Shown one piece after another: positions 8,850 to 18,368 of a DNA stretch of 40,408 bases. Both the position numbers and the translations under genes were made by a program. The notes under the pieces were generated by a model. That model was not told the DNA's origin. It did no database searches and worked only from the letters and a program-made list of their open reading frames with translations. The stretch covers positions 1 to 40,408 of the forward strand of contig JAISVO010000041.1 in NCBI GenBank assembly GCA_031271525.1. The letters are read 5' to 3'. Every line of letters starts with the position of its first letter. Within the stretch, counting starts at the first letter, position 1. Origin of the DNA: Oscillospiraceae bacterium. GTDB taxonomy: Bacteria; Bacillota; Clostridia; Oscillospirales; UBA929.

Positions 8850-9820
8850 CGGTCCCTCCGTCGATTCGCCCGCGCCTCGAAGTCCTCATACGCCTTGACG
8901 ATCCGCTGTACCAGCACATGGCGCACAACATCCCGCGCGGTCAGCTCGCAGACCGCGATGTCCTCCACACCCTTCAAAACACGGACAGCCTCCTTTAAGC
9001 CGCTGACCTTGTCCCGGGGAAGGTCGATCTGGGTCACGTCGCCGGTGATGACCACCTTGGAGCCGAACCCCATCCGGGTCAGGAACATCTTCATCTGCTC
9101 CCGGGTGGTGTTCTGGGCTTCGTCTAGGATAATGAAGGAATCGTCGAGCGTGCGGCCCCGCATGTACGCCAGCGGCGCGACCTCAATCGAGCCGCGCTCC
9201 ACAAACTTATGGTACGTCTCCGACCCGAGCATGTCAAACAACGCGTCGTAGAGCGGACGCAGATAGGGATCCACTTTATTCTGCAAGTCGCCGGGTAAAA
9301 ACCCCAGCTTCTCCCCCGCTTCCACGGCGGGGCGGGTCAGGATGATCCGGCTGACCTCCTTCTGCCGGAAAGCGGTCACAGCCTTCGCCACCGCGAGGTA
9401 GGTCTTCCCGGTGCCCGCCGGCCCGACCCCGATCGTGACCGTGTTCTTCGCGATCGCGTCGAGGTATTTTTTCTGGCCCAGCGTTTTCGCCTTCACCGGT
9501 TTTCCTTTGGCGGTGACGCAGACGGCATCCTTGCCAAGCTCGCTGAGCTTGTCCTCCGCGCCGTCCTCCACCAGCCCGAGGATGTAGCGGACATTCTGCT
9601 CGCTCACCGGCTCGCCCCGAGCCAGCACCGACAGAAGTCCTTCCATCACCTTGACGCCGCGATACACATTCTCCGCCTCGCCGACGATTTTCAGTTCGGT
9701 GTCCCGGTTGATCACCTTGACGCCGACGCTCTGCTCAATCAGCCGGATGTTTTGGTCGAAGGAGCCGAACAGCGCGATCACCTGCTCCAGCCGCTCCACA
9801 TTGATGGTCTGTTCCGTCAT
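8846..9820 (-). CDS. phoH: PhoH family ATPase
   Basis: Walker [15 protein letters not shown], Walker [21 protein letters not shown]. 324 aa. Confidence 0.92.
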   Translation of the reverse strand: MTEQTINVERLEQVIALFGSFDQNIRLIEQSVGVKVINRDTELKIVGEAENVYRGVKVMEGLLSVLARGEPVSEQNVRYILGLVEDGAEDKLSELGKDAVCVTAKGKPVKAKTLGQKKYLDAIAKNTVTIGVGPAGTGKTYLAVAKAVTAFRQKEVSRIILTRPAVEAGEKLGFLPGDLQNKVDPYLRPLYDALFDMLGSETYHKFVERGSIEVAPLAYMRGRTLDDSFIILDEAQNTTREQMKMFLTRMGFGSKVVITGDVTQIDLPRDKVSGLKEAVRVLKGVEDIAVCELTARDVVRHVLVQRIVKAYEDFEARANRRRDR

Positions 9821-9856
9821 TCGTACAGTCCTTTCTGCCGTGATCCCGCAGGTGAC

Positions 9857-11071
9857 TCATGAATCGCCCCTGCGAGCCAATACGTCGCCGATCTCAACCT
9901 TCCGGGGGACGTCGATCCGCTCCAGACACTCCGCCGTGAGGGTCGCCGAAACAAAACCCGTTTCGGGGTGGAAGGTTACCGTCTCGGTGAGGATCTCCCC
10001 GCCCGCCGCGAGACCGCCCCGCAGTGTCTGGCTGAGTTCCCGGCGGAGCAGGCTTTCCGCGACCGATTCGTCGAGCTGGTAGGCGACCGGTTCGTACTCG
10101 GTGAACGTCTCGGTCACCAGCGCGACGGGAAAGCTGAAGCCGCCTCCGACGCGGAGGGATTGGGTCTTACTTATCTTATCACACATGGCATAGGGTTGAC
10201 CAGTGTTTCTGTATAAATTCACCCGGCTGCCCGCGAAAACCAAGGCGTACCGCTTCGTCTCGCGCCCGGTATACCGTTTGCCCACCGCCCCCACCGGGGT
10301 GATCGCCTTCAGCTCGGTCCATGTGCGGGCCGTGACATCCGCCCGGGCATTGACCAGACGGACACCGACCTGCGAGGAATCGATCAGCCCGCTGACCAAA
10401 AGCTGCCCCTTCCGCACGGTGTCGCCGGGGAATACCTGCGCCGCCCCCGCAAGGGCGTCGATCCGGGTGATCAGCCCGGGTTTTGCCGCGACAATGTTGA
10501 CCGGGGTGTTCCTCGGATAGATGAGCGGTTTCGCCACCCGCTCCCGCACCACCACCGCAGCCCTGCTGCCCGACACATTGACGGTGATCCAAGAGAGGCC
10601 GTCCAGTTTCATCAAAACCTTGTTCCGGATGTCCACAATGTCGACCGCAGACGCCGGGGAGCCGGTCTTGATCCCGATTTCCCGCAGCGCCTCCAGAATC
10701 GCCTCGCTCGGCACCGTTTTATTCCCCTCCACCGTAAACTCCCAGATATAGCGATTGGAGATAAAGAGCGCCGCGATACAGAGGAGCAGACCCGTGATCA
10801 GCACATACCGCCGCTTGAAGCGCTCCAGAAAGAAGAGCGCCCCCCGCTGCTTGATCGCCGTCAGCGAGCCGCCGAGCTTCACGGCGAACGCTTCCGCTTG
10901 GGGAAGACAGCGCGCCGGGATGGTCGCCTCCAGCCGCAGCTCGCCGATCCGGTCGGCGCCCCAGAACGCGATATGGTGAACCGCGCAGAGGTTGATGAAC
11001 CGCTCCGGATAGGGGCATTCCACCCCGATCCGCACAAACCCGCGCAACAGGTTGACCGCTTTCTGCATCAA
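9857..11071 (-). CDS. yqfD: Sporulation protein YqfD
   Basis: 404 aa. N-terminus is LLRGFVRIGVECPYPERFINLC, with one central TM (YVLITGLLLCIAALFI). It is positioned between yqfC and phoH as in other spore formers. Confidence 0.85.
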   Translation of the reverse strand: MMQKAVNLLRGFVRIGVECPYPERFINLCAVHHIAFWGADRIGELRLEATIPARCLPQAEAFAVKLGGSLTAIKQRGALFFLERFKRRYVLITGLLLCIAALFISNRYIWEFTVEGNKTVPSEAILEALREIGIKTGSPASAVDIVDIRNKVLMKLDGLSWITVNVSGSRAAVVVRERVAKPLIYPRNTPVNIVAAKPGLITRIDALAGAAQVFPGDTVRKGQLLVSGLIDSSQVGVRLVNARADVTARTWTELKAITPVGAVGKRYTGRETKRYALVFAGSRVNLYRNTGQPYAMCDKISKTQSLRVGGGFSFPVALVTETFTEYEPVAYQLDESVAESLLRRELSQTLRGGLAAGGEILTETVTFHPETGFVSATLTAECLERIDVPRKVEIGDVLARRGDS

Positions 11072-11089
11072 CAGATCCCCCTATCCGTG

Positions 11090-11359
11090 TCAGTAGATAA
11101 ACTCGATGTTGAAGATGAGGCCCTCCAGCCGCAGCTCGCTCCCTGTCATGGCGCGGATGCGGAATCCCTCGCCGGTCAGCTTCAATACGGCCTCGCCGCC
11201 GTTGACATGGACCTCGCGCGGACCGTATTCCAACAGCCCCTTATGGTTTTCAACATAGATCTCGCGGTAGCCGTGGATGATGACCTTGGGCACGTTTGCC
11301 GCCACTTCCGCCGGGATGTCCATCCTCCGCGCGGCCTTTTCCAGAAAGCTCTCCTTCAC
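11090..11359 (-). CDS. yqfC: Sporulation protein YqfC (YabP/YqfC family)
   Basis: ...MDIPAEVAANVPKVIIHGYREIYVENHKGLLEYGPREVHV... fits the YqfC pattern (LP.I...G...I.IENH.G.L). I propose the start at GTG 11359, which gives 89 aa. The ORF-track start 11422 is a TTG with no SD. Confidence 0.75.
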   Translation of the reverse strand: MKESFLEKAARRMDIPAEVAANVPKVIIHGYREIYVENHKGLLEYGPREVHVNGGEAVLKLTGEGFRIRAMTGSELRLEGLIFNIEFIY

Positions 11360-11529
11360 GCATGACACCCCCACCACCAAAGCTATGCGAAAAACAGAGG
11401 GAAGATGTCGTACAGTTGACAACGGGCAGGTCGTCCAGAAAGAAGGGGGATGTCATGTCCTCCCATGCCGGCGCATATACATTCCAATAAAACCGATGCG
11501 GCCGGGCGGTCGCCTTCGAGGTGGAATGA

Positions 11530-12153
11530 TTGATGAACAGTGTGATGCTGCGGGGGATCGCCGCCGAGGCGGCGGAAGTGAACCATATCTCGCATGAGGC
11601 GCGGTTTTACCGCTTGTGGCTGGACGTCAGCCGCCTGTCGGGGAAGGTTGACAGGCTTCGCGTCCTCCTCCCGGAGGAGGTCTTGGGAGGATTGAACCCT
11701 GCCGCCGGCGACGGACTGGAGGTCACCGGGCAGATGCGTACCTACAACAACAAAACAGGGATCGGGGGCCGGCTGATCGTATCCGCACTGGCGCGGGAGA
11801 TCACCCCAAGGAACGGCGAGCCGGTCAACCGGCTCTTCGTCAGCGGCACCCTCTGCCGGGCGCCCAGTTACCGGAAGACGCCGCTGGGACGCGAAATCTG
11901 CGACATTATGCTGGCGGTGCCCCGCTCCTATAACCGCACGAACTACCTTCCGCTCATCGCGTGGGGCGGGGCGGCCCGCGTCTGCGCGCAGATGGAGACG
12001 GGGCAGCCCCTCTTCGCCGAGGGGCGGTTCCAATCCCGCGCCTACACCAAGCAGCTCGGCGAGGAAACCGTCGGTATGACCGCCTATGAGGTGTCCGTCT
12101 TACGGCTCGCCGTCAGCGAGGAGGAACTGCAGGAGTTGGCGACGGACAGTTAA
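11530..12153 (+). CDS. Tandem OB-fold, SSB-like single-stranded DNA-binding family protein
   Basis: 207 aa made of two similar halves. Each begins N(S/R)(V/L)...G and contains SSB-like strands. The second half, NRLFVSGTLCRAPSYRKTPLGREICDIMLAVPRSYNRTNYLPLIAWGGAARVCAQMETGQPLFAEGRFQSRAYTKQLGEETVGMTAYEVSV, follows the SSB OB-fold pattern. Confidence 0.5.
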   Translation: MMNSVMLRGIAAEAAEVNHISHEARFYRLWLDVSRLSGKVDRLRVLLPEEVLGGLNPAAGDGLEVTGQMRTYNNKTGIGGRLIVSALAREITPRNGEPVNRLFVSGTLCRAPSYRKTPLGREICDIMLAVPRSYNRTNYLPLIAWGGAARVCAQMETGQPLFAEGRFQSRAYTKQLGEETVGMTAYEVSVLRLAVSEEELQELATDS

Positions 12154-12190
12154 CAATGGGAGGACGAGGGGACGAATAGGGCAAATTCTG

Positions 12191-12219
12191 TTGCGCCTGC
12201 GGCTGGTTCGGTGTATACT
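12191..12219 (+). promoter_or_regulatory. Sigma-A-type promoter for the aldo/keto reductase gene
   Basis: TTGCGC (12191-12196), 17 nt, TATACT (12214-12219), with a TG at -15/-14 (gTGTATACT). Confidence 0.5.
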
Positions 12220-12248
12220 GCTTGTAACATGAGTACGGGAGGGCGGCT

Positions 12249-13418
12249 ATGCAAACAACCACCGACCCCAAAACGGGGGACAGGCTTTCGGTTCTCGGAT
12301 TCGGCTGTATGCGGTTCCCGATGGATGCCGGCAAAACCGAGCGGCTGATCCTAAAAGCCATCGAAAGCGGCGTGAACTACTTCGACACCGCATACATCTA
12401 CCCCGGCAGCGAAGCGACCCTCGGCAGAATTCTTGAAAAGCACAACCTGCGGGACAAAGTCCATATAGCGACTAAGCTGCCCTTTCAGAAGTGCAAGACG
12501 GCGGACGACTTCGACCGCATTTTCAACGAGCAGCGCGAGCGGCTCAAGACAGCGTATATTGACTATTACCTCATCCATAACATCTCCGACCTCAAGGCAT
12601 GGAGGCATCTGCAAGAGATGGGGATCGAGGCGTGGATCCAGCGCAGGAAGGCGGAGGGAACCATCCGCCGGTTCGGGTTCTCGTTTCACGGTTCGCAGCG
12701 GGGATTCCTCGACCTTATCGAGGCGGCTGACTGGGACTTCTGCCAGATCCAATACAACTACATGGACGAGAATTATCAGGCGGGGCGCGCCGGGCTTTAC
12801 CGCGCGACCGAGCTGGGGATACCGGTCGTCATCATGGAACCGCTCCTCGGCGGGAAACTCGCGACAGGACTGCCCCCCAAGGCGCTGAAGCTGTTCAAGG
12901 AGGCCGCCCCGGGCCGGTCGGCTGCTTCTTGGGCGTTCCGGTGGCTTTGGAACCAGCCGGGGATAACGGTTGTCCTGAGCGGGATGAACGGCGAGGACCA
13001 ACTGGAGGACAACCTCGCGGCGGCGGCCGACGCCAAACCGGGGATGCTCACCGAGGCGGAGAGCGCCGTTTTCCCGCCGGTGGTCGCGGCGCTCCGGGAA
13101 GCCTATAAAATCTCCTGCACCGGATGCAACTACTGTATGCCCTGCCCGCAGGGGGTCAACATCCCCGGCTGTTTCGCGGCGTACAACACCTCCTTCGTGA
13201 TGGGGTACGTCTCGGGGATGACGCAGTATCTCACCGGCACAGGGGTGAATCACCCCGAGAAGAAGCACGGCGCGCGCAACTGCACACAGTGCGGCGCGTG
13301 CGTGAAAAAATGCCCGCAGCAGATCAATATCCCAACAGAACTCAAAGCCGTGACAAAACGGCTCGAACCGCTCTGGTTCAAGCCGATATTGTGGGCGATA
13401 CGGAAGTTTATGGGGTAG
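12249..13418 (+). CDS. Aldo/keto reductase with C-terminal 2x[4Fe-4S] ferredoxin-like domain
   Basis: The AKR core has LGFGCMRFP and YFDTAYIYPGSEATLGRIL. Two CxxCxxCxxxCP motifs are present (CTGCNYCMPCPQG and CTQCGACVKKCPQ). GGGAGGG SD. Confidence 0.85.
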   Translation: MQTTTDPKTGDRLSVLGFGCMRFPMDAGKTERLILKAIESGVNYFDTAYIYPGSEATLGRILEKHNLRDKVHIATKLPFQKCKTADDFDRIFNEQRERLKTAYIDYYLIHNISDLKAWRHLQEMGIEAWIQRRKAEGTIRRFGFSFHGSQRGFLDLIEAADWDFCQIQYNYMDENYQAGRAGLYRATELGIPVVIMEPLLGGKLATGLPPKALKLFKEAAPGRSAASWAFRWLWNQPGITVVLSGMNGEDQLEDNLAAAADAKPGMLTEAESAVFPPVVAALREAYKISCTGCNYCMPCPQGVNIPGCFAAYNTSFVMGYVSGMTQYLTGTGVNHPEKKHGARNCTQCGACVKKCPQQINIPTELKAVTKRLEPLWFKPILWAIRKFMG

Positions 13419-13432
13419 ATATGGGCGGTGTC

Positions 13433-13455
13433 GGGGGATGACGTGTTCATCCCCC
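13433..13455 (+). terminator. Hairpin after the aldo/keto reductase gene
   Basis: GGGGGATGA / TCATCCCCC stem (9 bp) with a 5-nt loop, 15 nt after the stop. It is followed by TAAAATAT, a weak U-tract. Confidence 0.45.
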
Positions 13456-13465
13456 TAAAATATCC

Positions 13466-13495
13466 TTGCTCCAAACCCTCTTCCTGTGGTATACT
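13466..13495 (+). promoter_or_regulatory. Putative sigma-A-type promoter for the COG2426 gene
   Basis: TTGCTC (13466-13471), 18 nt, TGgTATACT (-10 at 13490-13495). It is followed by a short hairpin, CTGTGTT-gacat-AACACAG. Confidence 0.45.
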
Positions 13496-13539
13496 ATCCT
13501 GTGTTGACATAACACAGCGAATCGCAGGAGGACAACCCG

Positions 13540-14043
13540 TTGGCCGAATTTTTAGAAAGCTTGACCGAGTATCTGCGGAGTCTCGACGATTGGTATAAAG
13601 CGATGATGACCTTCCTGATCTCGATTGTCCCGGTCATCGAGCTGCGGGGCGCGATACCGGTGGCGGCGCACGCCGGGCTGCCGTGGTTTGCGGCGCTGCC
13701 GTCGGCAGTCCTCGGGAATATGCTGCCGGTGCCCTTCATCATGATCTTCGGACGCCGCTTCTTCGCTTGGCTGCGCCGCCATACGCCGTTCGGGAAGCTC
13801 GCGGACCGGCTGGAAGCCCGCGCCGAAAAGAAGATCGACACCGTGCGGAAATACCAGTTCTTCGGACTGCTGATTTTTGTCGCGATCCCTCTTCCCGGCA
13901 CCGGCGCGTGGACCGGCGCGCTGATCGCCGCCATGATGGACCTGCGGATGCGTACCGCCGTCCCTTCCATTCTGCTCGGCGTTATCGGCGCGGGGCTGAT
14001 CATGTCGGCGTTGTCGTACGGATTGTTTGGCTTGGGGGCGTAG
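13540..14043 (+). CDS. COG2426/small multidrug export-like membrane protein
   Basis: 167 aa. TTG start sits 10 nt after GGAGG. It has the motif VPVIELRGAIPVA plus four hydrophobic segments, and a central amphipathic Lys/Arg region. Confidence 0.6.
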   Translation: MAEFLESLTEYLRSLDDWYKAMMTFLISIVPVIELRGAIPVAAHAGLPWFAALPSAVLGNMLPVPFIMIFGRRFFAWLRRHTPFGKLADRLEARAEKKIDTVRKYQFFGLLIFVAIPLPGTGAWTGALIAAMMDLRMRTAVPSILLGVIGAGLIMSALSYGLFGLGA

Positions 14044-14245
14044 AAGCGCGTAACCAAAGCCCCTGCTTTGGCATAGGATACCCTATCGGGGGTGTTTTCC
14101 GTGCTGTATACGTGTATATTCGCCGTTTTATGCGCTTATGGCTTGGTCATGGCGTTTTGGGCGGTTTTGGGACGCCGGATCGGATTTGGCTTGGTCCTCG
14201 AAGAGCCCGTGTGGCTGAGATCGGTTTGCAAAGGAGCATGTCCGG

Positions 14246-16429
14246 ATGGACGAGAATCTGGAGGGTCGGATTCAATCGGTCGTCTACAGTAACGACGAAA
14301 CCGGCTGGGCGGTGCTGCGCGTAGCCTGCGAGGACGGCTCGCTGCACACCGCCGTCGGGCATATCCCAGCGCCCGCGCCGGGCGAGACGATCTCGGCAAA
14401 GGGGCAGTGGTCGCAGCACCCCGCCCACGGCGAGCAGTTTTCCGTGCGTTCCGCCGAACGGCTGCTGCCGGCCAGCGCCGACTCGATATTGGAGTACCTC
14501 TCCTCGGGGATTGTGCAGGGGGTCGGACGCGCCACCGCCCGATTGCTGGTGGACACTTTCGGCGACGAGACCTTGGACGTGCTGGAGCACAGCCCCGAAC
14601 GCCTGAGCTCGGTGAGGGGGATCACCCCCAAGCGGGCGGAGTCGATCGGCGCGCTGTTCTCCCGTCAGACCGCGCTCCGACGCTTGATGGAGCTGTTGGT
14701 GCGCCATGAGCTTTCCCCCTCGTACGCGCTGGAGCTGAGCAAACGGTACGGAGGGGACGCCGCCGAGCGGCTGGGCGACAACCCTTACATACTGCTTTAT
14801 GAGCCGTTTGAAGCGCCCTTTGATACGGTGGACAAGCTGGCGGCGACCCTCGGGGTAGACGACGGCGACGAGCGCCGCCTCCAAGCGGGGCTGCTCTACG
14901 AGCTGATCTTTAACTTGGATCAAGGACATGTATACCTCCCGCGCGAAAAACTGGTTCCGGCGGCGTCCGGTTTGCTGGAGCAGCCGGAGGACGCGCTGGA
15001 GGAGGCGCTGCAGGACCTGTTCTGTGACAACAAGGTGGTCGCCTGCCAGAACGGCGCGGTATACTTAACCCGGCTCTACCACGCGGAGAAACAGGTGGCG
15101 TCTTTTATCAAAGAGCGTTCCGCGCAGAGGAAAACCCTGCCCCAAGATATGGACGAGCTGATAGGGCGGATTGAGGCGGAGCTTGGGATCCGGTACGCGG
15201 CGCTTCAGAGGGACGCGATTACCAGCGCTGCTGGGAGCAGCCTGATGGTGCTGACCGGCGGGCCGGGCACCGGGAAGACGACCACCCTGAAAGGACTTCT
15301 CCGCCTGTTCGACTGGATGGGCCTGAAAGCCCTGCTGGCGGCGCCCACCGGACGCGCCGCCAAGCGGATGAGCGAGCTGTGCGGCCGGGAGGCGTCCACC
15401 ATCCACCGGCTGCTGGAGTTCGGGTTCGACCCCGCCCTCGGCGTATTGCGGTTTCTGCGGGATGAGGATAACCCGCTGAGCTGCGATGTGGTGGTCTTGG
15501 ACGAAGTGTCGATGGTGGATATTCTGCTGATGGACAGTATTTCCCGGGCGATTCCCGAGGACGCCCGTCTGATTCTGGTGGGCGATCCCGATCAGCTCCC
15601 GGCGGTCGGTCCGGGCTCGGTGCTGGAAGACGTGCTCGCCGGCGGGCTCTCCCCTTCGGTGCGTCTGAGCGAAATCTTCCGGCAGGCGGCGGAGAGCCGG
15701 ATTGTCACCGGGGCGCACTCGGTCAACCGGGGAGAGATGCCAACGCTGAAGAACGAACAGCAGAAAGACCTGTTCTTCATGCGCCGCCGGGATATGCTGA
15801 GCGCCGTCGAGACAATTTTGGAGCTGTGCGCCGAGCGGCTTCCGGGCAACTTGGGGCTGGAGCCGTCGCAGATACAGGTGCTCACCCCCACACGGCGCGG
15901 GCCTTGCGGGACGGTCAGCCTGAACAAAGCCCTGCAGGAAGCGCTGAACCCGGCGGCGCCCCACAAGCTGGAGAAGAAGTTTGGCGAGTTTCTCTACCGC
16001 GAAGGCGACCGGGTGATGCAGATCCGGAACAACTACGACCTCCCGTGGCGGATGGGCGGAAACGCCGGAATGGGCGTTTTCAACGGCGAGATCGGAACCG
16101 TCGCGGAGATCGACCTCAAGGCGTCCCTCGTCACGGTGCAGTATGACGATAAAGCGGTGGAATATCCCTTCGACAGTCTTGGGGAGCTGGAACCCGCATA
16201 CGCGCTGACGGTACACAAGGCGCAGGGAAGCGAGTACCGCGCCGTCGTGCTGGCGGCGATGCCGGGGCCGCAAAAGCTGATGACACGCCGGGTGCTGTAC
16301 ACCGCGATCACCCGCGCCCGGGATTACCTCATTATCGTCGGACAGGATGAGATCATCCAGTCGATGGTGCGTAACGACAAGCGTCTGCGCCGGTACACCG
16401 GTCTGAGAGGGATGCTCAGCGATGCTTGA
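14246..16429 (+). CDS. recD2: ATP-dependent RecD-like DNA helicase (RecD2, SF1B)
   Basis: 727 aa. N-terminal OB-like region (EGRIQSVVYSNDETGWAVLRV), Walker A LTGGPGTGKTT, VVVLDEVSMVD, LVGDPDQLPAVGPG, and a C-terminal YALTVHKAQGSEY. Confidence 0.93.
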   Translation: MDENLEGRIQSVVYSNDETGWAVLRVACEDGSLHTAVGHIPAPAPGETISAKGQWSQHPAHGEQFSVRSAERLLPASADSILEYLSSGIVQGVGRATARLLVDTFGDETLDVLEHSPERLSSVRGITPKRAESIGALFSRQTALRRLMELLVRHELSPSYALELSKRYGGDAAERLGDNPYILLYEPFEAPFDTVDKLAATLGVDDGDERRLQAGLLYELIFNLDQGHVYLPREKLVPAASGLLEQPEDALEEALQDLFCDNKVVACQNGAVYLTRLYHAEKQVASFIKERSAQRKTLPQDMDELIGRIEAELGIRYAALQRDAITSAAGSSLMVLTGGPGTGKTTTLKGLLRLFDWMGLKALLAAPTGRAAKRMSELCGREASTIHRLLEFGFDPALGVLRFLRDEDNPLSCDVVVLDEVSMVDILLMDSISRAIPEDARLILVGDPDQLPAVGPGSVLEDVLAGGLSPSVRLSEIFRQAAESRIVTGAHSVNRGEMPTLKNEQQKDLFFMRRRDMLSAVETILELCAERLPGNLGLEPSQIQVLTPTRRGPCGTVSLNKALQEALNPAAPHKLEKKFGEFLYREGDRVMQIRNNYDLPWRMGGNAGMGVFNGEIGTVAEIDLKASLVTVQYDDKAVEYPFDSLGELEPAYALTVHKAQGSEYRAVVLAAMPGPQKLMTRRVLYTAITRARDYLIIVGQDEIIQSMVRNDKRLRRYTGLRGMLSDA

Positions 16430-17027
16430 CCTTCTGCTGCCCAAGCGGTGCGCCTTTTGCCGGAAGGTAACGCCCGGGGGTCTGTGCGACGCCTGCCAAA
16501 AGACACTTCCGTGGCGGAGCGAGCCGTATGACGGGACCGTCGCCGCGCCGCTGTCGTACCGAGGGCCGGTGCGGCTGGCGCTCCACCGCTACAAGTTCCG
16601 GGGGGCGTCGGGCTGTGCCGGTATCTTCGGGAAGCTGATGGCGCAAGCGGTCGCCGACGCCCGCTTGAACCCCGGCATCGTCACATGGGTGCCCTGCAGT
16701 TTCGCGCGCCGCTGGACACGGGGATACGATCAGGCGCGCAAACTCGCGAAGCGCGTCTGCGCCGAGCTGGGTCTCCCTTTGGAGCGGATGCTCCGGAAGA
16801 CCCGTCACACCCGCTCCCAGACGAAGATGCCGGACGAGGCCGCGCGGCGGGTCAATGTGAAAGGCGCGTTCGCCGTTCTCGCGAAAAAGTCTTCCGCTGC
16901 GGGAAAACACATCCTGCTGGTTGACGACATCCGCACCACCGGCGCGACGTTGGACGAATGCAAGCGGCTCCTGCTGGAAGCGGGAGCCGAAAGTGTCGTC
17001 TGCTGCGTCGTCGCCGCGAAGGGATGA
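16422..17027 (+). CDS. comF: ComF family protein (phosphoribosyltransferase-like)
   Basis: N-terminal Zn-ribbon (CAFCRK...LCDAC) and a PRTase motif ILLVDDIRTTGATL. The start overlaps the recD2 end by 8 nt. Confidence 0.88.
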   Translation: MLDLLLPKRCAFCRKVTPGGLCDACQKTLPWRSEPYDGTVAAPLSYRGPVRLALHRYKFRGASGCAGIFGKLMAQAVADARLNPGIVTWVPCSFARRWTRGYDQARKLAKRVCAELGLPLERMLRKTRHTRSQTKMPDEAARRVNVKGAFAVLAKKSSAAGKHILLVDDIRTTGATLDECKRLLLEAGAESVVCCVVAAKG

Positions 17028-17038
17028 GGGCACAGTAA

Positions 17039-17062
17039 ACGGGCCGACTTCCGTCGGCCCGT
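17039..17062. terminator. Shared hairpin between convergent comF and tuf
   Basis: ACGGGCCGAC-ttcc-GTCGGCCCGT (10-bp stem) lies between the stops at 17027 and 17078. The flanking T-runs are short. Confidence 0.6.
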
Positions 17063-17077
17063 AATGAGTGCGATTGA

Positions 17078-18280
17078 TTAGTCGGGGAGCACCTTGATGA
17101 CGACGCCGCTTCCGACGGTGCGTCCGCCTTCGCGGATAGCGAAGCGGAGACCTTCCTCGATCGCGATGGGGGTGCCGAGGTTTACTTCCATGACGATGTT
17201 ATCGCCCGGCATACACATCTCAACGCCTTCGGGGAGCTGGATCGTTCCGGTGACGTCGGTGGTACGGAAATAGAACTGCGGGCGGTAGTTGGGGAAGAAC
17301 GGGGTGTGACGCCCGCCCTCTTCCTTGGTGAGGACGTACACCTGACCCTCGAAGTGTTTGTGGGGCTTGATGGTGTTGGGTTTCGCGAGAACCTGTCCGC
17401 GCTCGACTTCGGTCTTCGCGACGCCGCGCAACAGGCAGCCGGCGTTGTCGCCCGCTTCCGCGTAATCAAGGGTCTTGTGGAACATCTCGATCCCGGTGAC
17501 AACCGTCTTGCGGGTGTCGCGGATACCGACGATTTCGACTTCCTCACCCGTCTTGAGCTGTCCGCGCTCAACGCGCCCGGTGACGACGGTGCCGCGTCCC
17601 TGAATGGTGAAGACGTCTTCCACCGGCATCAGGAAGGGCAGATCGGCTTTGCGCTCGGGGGTGGGAATGTAGCTGTCAACGGCATCCATCAGCTCGGAGA
17701 TGGAGGCGTACTCGTCGGCAGCGGGATCCTTCGACTCGCTCTCCAGCGCCTTCAAGGCCGAACCGCGGACGATCGGGGTGTCGTCGCCCGGGAACTCATA
17801 CTTGGAGAGCAGCTCGCGGATCTCCATATCGACGAGGTCGAGCAGCTCGGGGTCGTCGACTTGGTCGCATTTGTTCATGTAGACGACGATATAGGGCACG
17901 CCCACCTGACGGGCAAGCACGATATGCTCACGGGTCTGGGGCATCGGGCCGTCGGCCGCGCTCACGACAAGGATCGCGCCGTCCATCTGCGCCGCGCCGG
18001 TGATCATATTCTTGACATAGTCGGCGTGGCCCGGACAGTCAACGTGGGCGTAGTGACGGCTGTCGGTTTGGTATTCGACGTGCGAGGTGTTGATGGTGAT
18101 GCCGCGCTCTTTTTCCTCCGGAGCCTTGTCGATAGCGTCATACGCCTTGAACTCGGCTTGGCCCTTAAAGCCCAGAACCTTTGTGATGGCTGCGGTCAAA
18201 GTGGTTTTGCCGTGATCCACGTGACCGATGGTTCCGATGTTAACGTGCGGTTTGCTGCGTTCAAATTTTTGCTTTCCCAT
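17078..18280 (-). CDS. tuf: Elongation factor Tu
   Basis: 400 aa. [33 protein letters not shown]... is an unmistakable EF-Tu sequence. Confidence 0.99.
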   Translation of the reverse strand: MGKQKFERSKPHVNIGTIGHVDHGKTTLTAAITKVLGFKGQAEFKAYDAIDKAPEEKERGITINTSHVEYQTDSRHYAHVDCPGHADYVKNMITGAAQMDGAILVVSAADGPMPQTREHIVLARQVGVPYIVVYMNKCDQVDDPELLDLVDMEIRELLSKYEFPGDDTPIVRGSALKALESESKDPAADEYASISELMDAVDSYIPTPERKADLPFLMPVEDVFTIQGRGTVVTGRVERGQLKTGEEVEIVGIRDTRKTVVTGIEMFHKTLDYAEAGDNAGCLLRGVAKTEVERGQVLAKPNTIKPHKHFEGQVYVLTKEEGGRHTPFFPNYRPQFYFRTTDVTGTIQLPEGVEMCMPGDNIVMEVNLGTPIAIEEGLRFAIREGGRTVGSGVVIKVLPD

Positions 18281-18325
18281 TGCGGTATATCCTCCCTTTG
18301 TTCCCTATAGACATTGGTATTGATT

Positions 18326-18354
18326 ATTGTAACCGATAACCCTAGAAAATGCAA
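18326..18354 (-). promoter_or_regulatory. Putative internal promoter for tuf in the fusA-tuf spacer
   Basis: The minus strand reads TTGCAT (18354-18349), 17 nt, TACAAT (18331-18326), in an AT-rich 88-nt spacer. Confidence 0.5.
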
Positions 18355-18368
18355 GACTTTTTTGTAAA

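Noticed and set aside
12351-13268. 305-aa ORF antisense to the aldo/keto reductase gene
   Set aside because: Shadow frame. The plus-strand product has the AKR core and two ferredoxin motifs.
15065-16444. 459-aa ORF antisense to recD2
   Set aside because: Its composition is dominated by Arg/Pro/Gly/His/Gln with no recognisable motifs. It lies exactly opposite a well-supported helicase gene. This is a typical shadow ORF of high-GC coding DNA.
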